From: Candidatus Mediterraneibacter surreyensis
Lineage (GTDB): Bacteria; Bacillota; Clostridia; Lachnospirales; Lachnospiraceae
Direction: 5' to 3'
NCBI GenBank assembly: GCA_019118885.1
Contig: DWYB01000057.1
Coordinates: 226 to 64,225 of the forward strand
Length of the DNA: 64,000 nucleotides
Within the stretch, counting starts at the first letter, position 1. Each line of letters begins with the position of its first letter. The notes beneath the pieces were generated by a model. That model was not told the DNA's origin, ran no database searches, and saw nothing but the letters and a program-made list of their open reading frames with translations. Of the stretch, positions 39,801-48,119 are shown piece by piece. A program made the position numbers and the translations under genes.

Positions 39801-42800
39801 TCGCATGCTCTTTCCGGTCCCTGATTGTTGTACAGCTCCCCGCTCCATGTTGCCGTTACATCCGGCACATTTCTCCACGGATCTTCCAGTGAAGTAAATG
39901 TCTTTGCTGCACTCCAGTTCGAGTAGCCCTCTGCCGTTCTCACACGTACCATATATGTATGTGCGGAATTATAATCGAGGTTTTCGTGGAGATATGACGT
40001 CGGAACCGTTCCGTCTGAGTTCGGAAGGATCGTATTGATCTCGCCGTCCACGCTGATATCATATCCTTTTATATCGCCGACTTCCGGAGCTGTCCACTGT
40101 ACGTTAATGCTCGTCGGAGTCATGTCATCCTCTGTGAGTTCTGTCAGCTCAGGCGCCGGAAGGCTCTCATTAAGCTCATTTTTATCCAGTACCTGACTGT
40201 TGTCAAATCCTTCAACTACAAGTGTCTGTGCATTTGCATCTACATTTGTCCTTGCGAACTTCACATACAGCTTTGGGGTTGTTGTGATCTTTGTACTTGC
40301 GAATGTACCCTCGCCCTGAGAATATTTATTCAGGTTTGGAGATTCATCATAGAAGTAAATATTCCCATCTTCATCTGCATTAAATGCTTCCAGGCTCTCT
40401 GCCTCTGTCAGTTCGAGCGTTGTGTCACCGTTGGTTGCCGCAAGTTTTGTCGGCTTCGTGGACACGTTTACAACAAATGTCGTAAGACGCTCGCTGTCAT
40501 AGCCTTTGTAATCTCCTTCTGACGGCTCAACCGTCAGTGTCGCTGTGCCGGCGTCTTCATCCACACTGGATGTGATATGCGTCGTAACGCTTCCGCCATA
40601 GGAAACTTCTGATCCTTTTGACACAGCAATGCTTCTTCCGTCATCTTCATAGAGATCGAAGTCCGTCTCGCCGTCCGGCCAGAACTCGATGATGCGTTTT
40701 GTCTTGTCCAGACCTTTCTCGTTAATTTCCGTGACAGCGCCCGGGTTGTTGTTCTCCTCATACATCGGGATGATCGCGCCTGATTTTACGAACAGCGGCA
40801 GTTTCCATACCGGCGCGTCGTAATTGTTCAGGATCTGTCCGCCGCGGTACTGCTGTCCGCTCCAGTAATCGATCCAGATCTGATCTTCATCCGGAAGATA
40901 GATGCCATTGCGCACGTCATTTCCATTTTCATCTGCCTGTACGTCCTCATACACCGGCGCTACCAGCAGGTTCTCGCCCCACATGTACTGATACTGGGAC
41001 GCTTCTGTGTATGCCGCGGAAGAATCATCCGGGAACTCCAGGAACATCGCGCGGATCATCGGCTTGCCGTCCGTCGCTTCCTCTGCGATCGTGTAGATAT
41101 ACGGCATCATCTGTGCTTTTAACTTCAGATAGTTACGGATGATATTATCATAGTCTTCCCCATGCCCGTACGGTTTCTTCGGGATAGCTCCCCATCCGTC
41201 CATATCGAGCATCAGCGGTGTGAATGACTTCCACTGGAAATCACGTGTCGCCATCAGATTGCTTCCGCCATAGATACCATCCATATCACTTCCGATATTG
41301 GGATTTCCTGACAAGGACTGTCCGATATATGTCGGGATGTGGAACCGGATATATTCCCACTCGCCGCCGGACTGGTCGCCTGTCCAGATACCTGCATAGC
41401 GCTGTGTTCCTGCCCATCCGTCCAGAGACACGACATTAGGTCTTGTACCGGCTTCTGCGATCGTATCATATGCTGTCTTCACGCCGTTCAGCCCGAAGGA
41501 ATAACCGGATCCTACCCATGCAACGTCCGTTTTGAGAGATGTAATACCACCGTCATTAACCTCACTGTTAAAGTCTCTCAGAGTCTGCAGGCCATGGTAT
41601 CCCATAGAGTCGTTTTCTGAACCGGAGAAATCAAGTCCGCTCTGTGTCCAGAGACCTGTGTCGACCCCATAAGAGTTCGCATATTCCGTAAACTCGGCCA
41701 GGTTTTCAACGTTCAGCTTTGACGCTTCGATCGCTGTATCCCATCCGACGTTCGTCTGACTCAGCGGGTAATTGACATAATATCCGTTCTGTCCGTATCC
41801 GCAGCCGTAACCGTCATTCGGAAGGAACCAGCCGAGCGGAAAGTCATTCTCAACGTGACCATCTATAACAGCCCTGGCTGAGTATTTATACAGTGTATCT
41901 GAATCACTCAGAGGTGAGGTACCGTTCAGGGATTCCGGAGTACCCAAGTCTGTCGGAACCTTTCCGGTTTCATCGATCGGAAGCTTATAAGCCGGATCTC
42001 CCCCGGTCTCAGTATATTTATTTCCGTCTTCCAGCGTCCATCCGCTGCCGGTGGATGATGGATTCCACAGGTCACGGTTATAGCAGTTCAGGTGACCAAG
42101 ATAGAATGCATACTCCGGGAGCAGCGCCGGGTTTCCTGTTACCTTAAAGTAATCATTCAGGATACCTGCCGGCGTCGGATCGATGAAATAATATGCGTCA
42201 AACTCCTGCTCATTATGAGTTGTCTTTACTGTGTTTGCCTCTGTACTTCCAAAATCATAAGAACCCTGCTTGAAAGTATTTCTCATCACACCGTATCCGT
42301 CTGTGGACCAGTAGAATGGGTTCGGAGAAGACACTCCTCCATCCACCCAGCTGTTGGTATTAGCGATCCGTATCGTATCGCCTTTGTGTGAGAACCGTCC
42401 GTTCTGTGTACCGCCGCCATAGAAATATTCGTTGTCAGCCGCTGCAAGTGTCTGTACCGTAGAACCGTCTCCGATCTCAAGGGCCGATGTCTCTTCCAAT
42501 ACTACGTTCTCACCGTTTTTGACTGACATTAATGCTGTATCTTTGTCGAATACGATAGTAACAGTTCCATTTGTGATCTCTATCGTATCGCCTTTGTCAT
42601 TCACCTTAGCTTCCGGTTTTGTATACCCTTCTGAGTCATCCGGCTGCTGCTGGATCCTCGCGACATGGGACGAACTGTTTGGTTTCGCATACTGTTCAAA
42701 TTCACCAGTGGGATCTACATTATACCGGAAGATCCCATTTTCAAGGAATGTGACGCGTCCCTGCACCTCCCCGCCATTAAAACTGATGTTGACAATATTC

Positions 42801-42955
42801 CCATCTGCCTTCGCGCTGTCAACTGATGTCAGCTCGCCGGCAAAATCTCCGGCAGCATTGGCAGACTGGGGAGAGCTGACTGTAATACCGCCTGCGACTG
42901 TCGCAAAAGCAAGCGCCAGCGAGCCCCATCTTTTAATCCTCTTTCCTTTTTTCAT
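36842..42955 (-). CDS. GH31-family glycosidase, multimodular and cell-wall anchored
   Basis: 2037 aa. The GH31 pattern is SLKTDVAWVG (nucleophile region) and AGIWTGDQSGGEWEYIRFHIPTYIGQSLSGNPNIGSDMDGIYGG. It has FN3-like, discoidin (two copies), Ig-like and FIVAR-like modules. The C-terminus is AVSTGD + TM + RRKKNS. An AGGAGG RBS lies 6 nt upstream. Substrate specificity cannot be told from the sequence. Confidence 0.75.
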   Translation of the reverse strand: MKKGKRIKRWGSLALAFATVAGGITVSSPQSANAAGDFAGELTSVDSAKADGNIVNISFNGGEVQGRVTFLENGIFRYNVDPTGEFEQYAKPNSSSHVARIQQQPDDSEGYTKPEAKVNDKGDTIEITNGTVTIVFDKDTALMSVKNGENVVLEETSALEIGDGSTVQTLAAADNEYFYGGGTQNGRFSHKGDTIRIANTNSWVDGGVSSPNPFYWSTDGYGVMRNTFKQGSYDFGSTEANTVKTTHNEQEFDAYYFIDPTPAGILNDYFKVTGNPALLPEYAFYLGHLNCYNRDLWNPSSTGSGWTLEDGNKYTETGGDPAYKLPIDETGKVPTDLGTPESLNGTSPLSDSDTLYKYSARAVIDGHVENDFPLGWFLPNDGYGCGYGQNGYYVNYPLSQTNVGWDTAIEASKLNVENLAEFTEYANSYGVDTGLWTQSGLDFSGSENDSMGYHGLQTLRDFNSEVNDGGITSLKTDVAWVGSGYSFGLNGVKTAYDTIAEAGTRPNVVSLDGWAGTQRYAGIWTGDQSGGEWEYIRFHIPTYIGQSLSGNPNIGSDMDGIYGGSNLMATRDFQWKSFTPLMLDMDGWGAIPKKPYGHGEDYDNIIRNYLKLKAQMMPYIYTIAEEATDGKPMIRAMFLEFPDDSSAAYTEASQYQYMWGENLLVAPVYEDVQADENGNDVRNGIYLPDEDQIWIDYWSGQQYRGGQILNNYDAPVWKLPLFVKSGAIIPMYEENNNPGAVTEINEKGLDKTKRIIEFWPDGETDFDLYEDDGRSIAVSKGSEVSYGGSVTTHITSSVDEDAGTATLTVEPSEGDYKGYDSERLTTFVVNVSTKPTKLAATNGDTTLELTEAESLEAFNADEDGNIYFYDESPNLNKYSQGEGTFASTKITTTPKLYVKFARTNVDANAQTLVVEGFDNSQVLDKNELNESLPAPELTELTEDDMTPTSINVQWTAPEVGDIKGYDISVDGEINTILPNSDGTVPTSYLHENLDYNSAHTYMVRVRTAEGYSNWSAAKTFTSLEDPWRNVPDVTATWSGELYNNQGPERACDHELQTGDSGFHSDGNAIGEELIYDLGQLYSLDKLEYYPRNDEGNGTVRKMDISVSRDGVHWQSVNAENNAMSLTTDSDDNKVATVDLKAASGTWRYVKMIPRESVGGFFSAREIIVYKTDGTNGTELGDMPGTSAGIDDNDFQTINSYKGIDTSSSSWGQITDVNLNGVFDIYDYSFTLTKLDGGTTKTGKAAGNILMLTNKDTVEAGEEFTIDLYGVDLENVNAFGAVVDLGDKYDVVSIEGSAYTAGMTDLSVASKYLTVSFGNRGDKALINGSHTLATITLKAKEAGDTLKLAEAMLIGPDNSLVICTNEAGEIPEVPPATTTTKYVQSDFNISMTNEAHPTDDGTNVTTFIQQNSYDGLFNGVTDSSDRSFEFIWDMGQGVPDDVKLPVTIHFAFNGGAKPLSEVNVYDSYAKSNGFVTKYEAVVIFEDGTKYETGEVDVEKTDGAVMTVDVAGNNPDGKNVKQVDFTVLESSTGEQAMTLTEAEFIYEQSNTVDIIEFTDAPSEMFIGDIVEISAAVSPEDAPYRYYDITSSDPDKVEVIRIADGDNFKFYLKAKEATEEDKPVTLTAKAGAKDAEGNAVTAEIEITVNEGVNTEGLQALIDEYNNVSKDIYTQDSYDNFKEAYDKAVELLRNPAELTKNDVENAEKALSDAIDGLTFREIDEDTLINTSADSGVTVSSVKSEIDEGAGNGLSGNVLDYDEDTYWHSNWSTSVEMPQWLIFDLGDTYELSDITFLPRVGSSNGDIFEVEILVGETQDSMTSVGTFKFDHSEKELLDRDEWKQITFAPVEGRYVKFNVVHAGGGTNGAAQNDQYATMSEIRFYGTTPAAPVDITALQEAVEAYGSVTNDGYTDTTWAAYVNALATAQNMLAALQNDPTAYTQEEVNAAADALETAVNNLAKPEDPDPGIPENPDPENPDPDKPGTGTGDGSGSGSGSGTGSGSGSGNGAVSTGDSTNIYVILMMLILSGGAIVFTRRKKNS

Positions 42956-43088
42956 TCTTTTCCTCCTGTTTCTCTAATAAACTTACTGCTTTAGCAACTT
43001 TTTCCTACCACCTCTTTTCGCAGCTTTCAGATCAGATGAATATAATTTTCCAAAACCCGACTGAAAATTGCATAATAATATACTTTAT

Positions 43089-43117
43089 ATTATAAGATTA
43101 TTAAAATTTGTTTACAA
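43089..43117 (-). promoter_or_regulatory. Sigma-A type promoter for the GH31 gene
   Basis: On the minus strand: TTGTAA (43112-43117), a 17-nt spacer, then TATAAT (43089-43094). This leaves a leader of about 125 nt. Confidence 0.45.
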
Positions 43118-43162
43118 GGATTATATTTCCGGTATTTTCCACAGTATTCACTATATATTTTT

Positions 43163-43507
43163 GTGCACTTTTTCAATATTGAAATATTATCTATACAGGC
43201 AGTAGAGTATTACGCACAAAAGCATCATCTGTCTGAAGCTGAAGCCTTTGATCTCTTCTGTAAACATCAGGTTTTTGAAAAAATACTGATACAGCACGAA
43301 ACGCTTCATCAATTAGATACGACAGAGACTTTTCAATATGTAGAAGAAATCATCAAGGAAAGGAGTCATCTTTCCTTTCAGGATGCTGCGGGAGCCTTTT
43401 ATCATTCTAATACGTATCAGGCTCTGCAGAATACTGAAAATACGCTTTGGGCGGAGTCAGCAGGATATATCGCAGATCGGTTCTATGAAGAACAGGAACA
43501 GAAATAA
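43163..43507 (+). CDS. DUF3791-like small protein
   Basis: 114 aa with a GTG start. The string IQAVEYYAQKHHLSEAEAFDLFCKHQVFEKILIQHETLHQL resembles the DUF3791 pattern (..E.YA....LS..E...LF.K..V......E.LH). This is a weak call from memory. Confidence 0.35.
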   Translation: MHFFNIEILSIQAVEYYAQKHHLSEAEAFDLFCKHQVFEKILIQHETLHQLDTTETFQYVEEIIKERSHLSFQDAAGAFYHSNTYQALQNTENTLWAESAGYIADRFYEEQEQK

Positions 43508-43556
43508 AAGTCGTTATAATAATCTTTGGTTAGCATAGTTCCATTATAACATGGAA
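43507..43556 (-). mobile_element. Solo remnant of an IS1182-like left end, inverted relative to the copy at 48090
   Basis: The reverse complement, gttataatggaactatgctaaccaaagattattataacgactttt, matches 48105-48150 (gttataatggaactatgcaaaaacaagattattataacgactttt). The match includes the transposase start codon and its first roughly 10 codons. Confidence 0.7.
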
Positions 43557-43612
43557 CGGAGAGAAAGATGGTTGTCGTTAGCCATCTTTTTCTCTTTTTA
43601 CAGGATAAATTT

Positions 43613-43652
43613 CAGGGGCAGTTGTGACTCATGCGAGTCACAACTGCCCCTG
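43613..43652. terminator. Perfect 18-bp stem-loop, probable terminator
   Basis: CAGGGGCAGTTGTGACTC - atgc - GAGTCACAACTGCCCCTG. On the plus strand it is followed by TTTT. It lies 43 nt beyond the stop of the minus-strand adhesin gene. Confidence 0.6.
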
Positions 43653-43694
43653 TTTTGGACTATCTATTTCCCGACAGCCCCTCATTACTTCATA

Positions 43695-46492
43695 TTATTT
43701 TCTATATGTTTTCCTTTTCTTTTCTGCAAGATAACTTCCTGTTACAATAGCTGTTCCCGCGAGCCCCATAAGGACGATCCACAATGCCGGGGTTCCGCGG
43801 TCACCTGTTTCCGGTGTACTCTCTGTTTTGACAGGAGTATGGCTGTTTGTAATATCATACCCATCGATTTCCGGCTGGTATCCTGATACCTGGTCTTCGC
43901 TGATAGTGTAGATAATTTCTTCGCCATCTTCGAATTTCGGTAAATCAGTGAATTTCCAGCTCCAGCCATCTGCAGCGGTTACTGTCTGAACGTGTCCGCC
44001 AGCTTCTTCTCCGTTAGCATACAGCCTTATGGTAATGGATTCCGGTCTCTTTCCATCCTGGTTATCTGCATCGTCCCATGTCTTTGACCCGGAGATCTTA
44101 ATCGTCTCAGGCGTGTAGCTGTTGGTGACCGTATAGCCGCTTTCCGCGCTGCCGCCGTACGCCACGCCGTACTCTGCACCATTGCTGAAGGTGATCTTTC
44201 CGCCGTCTTCGCCGACTTCCTTTACAGTGTATGCGATGTCTTTTCCATCGGATTTTTCATCCAGCTCTCTCCATGTATGGCTCCAGCCATTTCCTTCATT
44301 CAGGGTCACAGGTTCCCCTGATTTTTCCCCGTCCGCATAGAGCTGTACCTGGATATCTGCCGGACGCTTGCCGTCCTGGTTTCCTGCATCATCCCAGATC
44401 TTCTCAACATGGACATCAACCGGCTCCGGTTTTTCCGCCGGATAAATCCCCATGTCATTATATTGGGAAGCATATACTGAACCTTCTATCATCTCGATAG
44501 ACGGCATGTTAATTCCCGTGATCAGCGCTGACGTAAGTATACCATCCGTGTAGGAAGGCCTTGCATCTGAATCTATGGTATCATCATCACCCTCATCTGC
44601 CGGGCTGGTTTCATAATCCGCCATCTGGAGCGTTCCATCCGAAAATCTTACTCCAAACGTACCTTCCGGCAGATTGACAAATTTATAATTTACTGTAATG
44701 TATTCCGAGACTGTGCCCGTGATCACATTAATCTGCTGTCCCGTTGCCACACTGACAGCTTTTCCATTTACCTCATATGGTTCATAATCTTCAGCCCGGG
44801 AAGGATCCCCGCCGTCTTTGAGCAGCATCAGTGTAGCTGTCACGCCATCCTTCATCTCTTCGCTGTCCGCCCGCAATCCGTTCTTATCCGCATCCAGCCA
44901 GACTACGCCTTCGAGGGTCCTTCCTACCACATAACTGCGTCCATAACTTTCCAGGGTACTGTTTGTCAGACGGTTCACAGCATGTTCTCCTGCGCGTCCT
45001 TCCGGCAGATTGATGGTCACATGCATTTTCAGCGTCTGATTTGCCGGAAGAGATCCAACAGCTGCAAAAGCGACCGGTCTGAATTCTCCCTGCGGCAGAG
45101 TGACATTTCCTCTCTGCTGGTCTACAGTAAGTTCCACCCACTGGGAAGCAGGATCTGTGAAGTTTTCTTTCGTAAGATCTTTGCTCGTCTTTCCCCGTAA
45201 ACTTTCATCCAAAGTATAACCGTTAACTTCCGCAAAATCTTTGAGCTGCTCGTCCTCACTCCATATCTTAACCGTATTCATAAGCTCCTGGTTATTTTGC
45301 ACTGAATCTTTATTTCCAATATCACAGGAGTAGTAGATCGGATCGATACGTGTCACAGCTTCTGCCGTAATAGTTACATTTTCAAGCGTCCACAGCAGGG
45401 TAATAGTACCATCCTCGTTTTCGCGGATCTCCGGCTCTGCCGGGACACCGCCAGTGACAGTCCCCTGCTTTCCTTCTCCATTCTGGGTATAATTTCCTCC
45501 CCAATAGCCGGAAAACGGTATGTAAGTAAGCCCTTTCGGCAGGGTATCTTCCACATAGACAGTAGTGGTGACCGTATCATCATTTGAAAACGCCCCCTCT
45601 GTCCTGATTGCCGATGGGATCAATGTATAATCTGCGATACTCTGTCCTGAATCCAGGTCGTAACTGTATTTTTCTCCCGGCTGCCCGTCACTTCCCACAG
45701 TAGTCTGTGCACGGTTTTTGCTGATCTGCGTAGCATATTCTGCTACGAGGCAGGAATCGCCATAATTTAATCCGGAGCTGTCATCTGATCTGCACGGCTG
45801 GGCAGATACTGTTGGGCATAGGTTTTGTAATCCTCATCATTCAGCTCTGATACTTCCTTTCCCAGGGCTTTTGCAGCTGCTTCCTGAACATCCTCTTTAT
45901 TCCACGCCTTTGCGGAATGCGTCACCATGTAGACTTTTCCCTGCTTACTTTCCAGCCATCCCATGCTCCCTGTATCAAACTGCGCTTCTGCAGCTGTGGC
46001 GGGAAGGATGAACTCAAAATGAAGGGTTCCGCTCCGATAAGCCTTATACGGCGCTCCGTCCCGGACTTTTGTCTGGAATTCCACAGTATAAGTGACCTCA
46101 TCAAAAGACCGTACCGTATTGTTAAGGTCATTCTCATCATTTCCATTGCCTGTCGTATCGTCCCACGGGGCCGTACCGGTGCGGATCGCCAGCTTTGATT
46201 CCGTTGACTGGTCTGGACTGATCGCTGCATCTGAAATATATGCATAATCCCCGTCAAGCACATCACCGATCTCCCCCTGTTTTATCTGTGGAACCGGCTC
46301 AGCCCCCGGCAGCTTTTCGCCTGTCAGTGTGCCAGTCACCGTTACCGGATTTTCATCCGGCGCTGCTTTGCCTCCTTCCAAAACCTGCGGCTCAGCCGCA
46401 GAGACAACGGTTGTCATTGCCGGGGATACCATGCATATGCACAGAAGCAAAGCCAGCCATCGCCTGATATTTTTTGTGATCTGCTGTTTCAT
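43695..46492 (-). pseudogene. Cna-B repeat surface adhesin, split by a 1-nt frameshift
   Basis: The N-terminal ORF 45767..46492 has a signal peptide (MKQQITKNIRRWLALLLCICMVSPAMTTVVSA) and an AGGAGG RBS. The C-terminal ORF is open from about 45835 down to 43695. It carries Cna-B repeats (VHVEKIWDDAGNQDGKRPADIQVQLYADGE; ISGSKTWDDADNQDGKRPESITIRLYANGE) and a PETGD + TM + basic tail. The two frames overlap at 45767-45835. Confidence 0.6.
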
Positions 46493-46715
46493 AAATACCT
46501 CCTACTTCCTTATTTGTCTGACCTGATCATCTCAGGAAGACATTCTTACAGCCTGGGGTTTCCTGAGAAACCTGACCGAAATATCAGACTTTTTCCAGTC
46601 GATTAAAATCTTTTTTCCATTCACTCATGAAAAATCTCTTAGCTGATATACTTAAATAAGGCGTCTTTGAAGAAGATAAGGGACCATCGCATTAGTGCGA
46701 CAGCCCCTTAAAACA

Positions 46716-48068
46716 TCAATTTCTTTTTTTACTCACAGCGACAGCCCCCGCTGTCCCGCAGCAAAGTACGAGAAGCATAAGCATAAGGACCGGATCTGCA
46801 GCATCCCCTGTCACAGGCGCCGCAGGATTTCCGTTCTTATTCAGCTCATCTCCCTGGGTATCCTTCCCTGCATCGGTTTCGGGTTTGTCCTCAGCTTTCA
46901 GGGCTTCGCCGTATTCGCTGCCGCATACCTTACATACCGGCTTCTTTCCGATCTGGGCGGTTCCTCCGAAGCAGTTCTCCGTCTCTGTCACGGTACAACC
47001 CTCATTCGTGCAGACGCGTCCGTGGACGCCGTCCCCGCTGCCCGTCCACTCTCCGAAGCTGTGGCTGTCCTTCGCTGGAACGAGCACCTCTCCGCACAGG
47101 GAGCAAACCACTTCGGTTGTACAGTCGCCGTCATCTGCCTGCGGCACATGGTCACAGGGGATGTCCGCCAGGATCTCATTTACAAGCTTCGTGATGATCC
47201 TATGCCCGTCTGCGTTCGGATGGAAATCCAGATTCAGCTGCATCATAGCGAAAGAAGCGTTGCAGGGATTCACTCCTTCCTCCGCCGCGGACCGGAATGC
47301 AGTATATGCGTCTGCCACATAAGCCTCTGTCCCTTCGGCAGCCTTTCGGATCACTCCATTAAGAAGAGTCACTCCGGACTCAAACACCTCGTTGATGGCT
47401 TCGGCTGAATCTGCAAAAAACGGATTACCTGCCAGCTGTGCCGCAAGATATGTGTATGGATTGTACTGTGTCGCTACGATCAGGCTGACATCCGGATTTA
47501 CCGCCCTGATCCCTGCGAGGATCTGACTCAGATTTGCAGTAAATCCTGCCGCCGCGGCCCGCACCTCTGCAGAAGAAGCAAAGCCCGGGAGCACTCCGGC
47601 TGCAAACGAGACCATCTGCAGATTCCCGGCAAGCAGCTGTGTTTTTATCTGCTCAGCAGTCATCTGGGCATCCGAATGCGCCTCGTTATACTCAGTCTGC
47701 AGAAAACTGTAGAGCGCATTCATGAAATCATTGCCTCCGACAGTGATAGTGATCACGTCTGCTTTCATAACCGCAGCAGCCGATGCCGGATCCTTAAGTT
47801 TCGTGAGAAGGGTTTCCGATGTCTCTCCATCGGAAGCCAGAGATACGAGTGAAAGATCATTGTCCTCCGCCACCTGTCCTGTGAACCCGACCCCCTCTGT
47901 CAGGCCGTAACCTGTAGAAATACTGTCCCCCAGCGCCACGTATGTTTTCTGCGGCTGCGATCCTTCCTGCGCGTAGGCAGCCGGCGCCATGCCCAGCGCC
48001 ATACTGAGGGCAACAGTCAGCGTCAGGATCTTCTTCCAGACGCTTCTTCCCCTTTTTTCTTTGTTCAT
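46716..48068 (-). CDS. SGNH/GDSL-family esterase, secreted and wall anchored
   Basis: It has a signal peptide, block I YVALGDSISTGYG and block III ITVGGNDF. A Cys-rich (CxxC-containing) segment follows. The C-terminus is PVTGD + TM + KKRN. Confidence 0.7.
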   Translation of the reverse strand: MNKEKRGRSVWKKILTLTVALSMALGMAPAAYAQEGSQPQKTYVALGDSISTGYGLTEGVGFTGQVAEDNDLSLVSLASDGETSETLLTKLKDPASAAAVMKADVITITVGGNDFMNALYSFLQTEYNEAHSDAQMTAEQIKTQLLAGNLQMVSFAAGVLPGFASSAEVRAAAAGFTANLSQILAGIRAVNPDVSLIVATQYNPYTYLAAQLAGNPFFADSAEAINEVFESGVTLLNGVIRKAAEGTEAYVADAYTAFRSAAEEGVNPCNASFAMMQLNLDFHPNADGHRIITKLVNEILADIPCDHVPQADDGDCTTEVVCSLCGEVLVPAKDSHSFGEWTGSGDGVHGRVCTNEGCTVTETENCFGGTAQIGKKPVCKVCGSEYGEALKAEDKPETDAGKDTQGDELNKNGNPAAPVTGDAADPVLMLMLLVLCCGTAGAVAVSKKRN

Positions 48069-48119
48069 AAATCAGTCTCTCCTTCCTGAATCATTCGTTC
48101 TCCTTGTTATAATGGAACT

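Noticed and set aside
43551-43886. A 111-aa plus-strand ORF
   Set aside because: It spans an IS remnant, two hairpins and the 3' end of the minus-strand adhesin gene, and has no RBS or motif.
46695-47408. A 237-aa plus-strand ORF
   Set aside because: It is antisense to the GDSL esterase gene.
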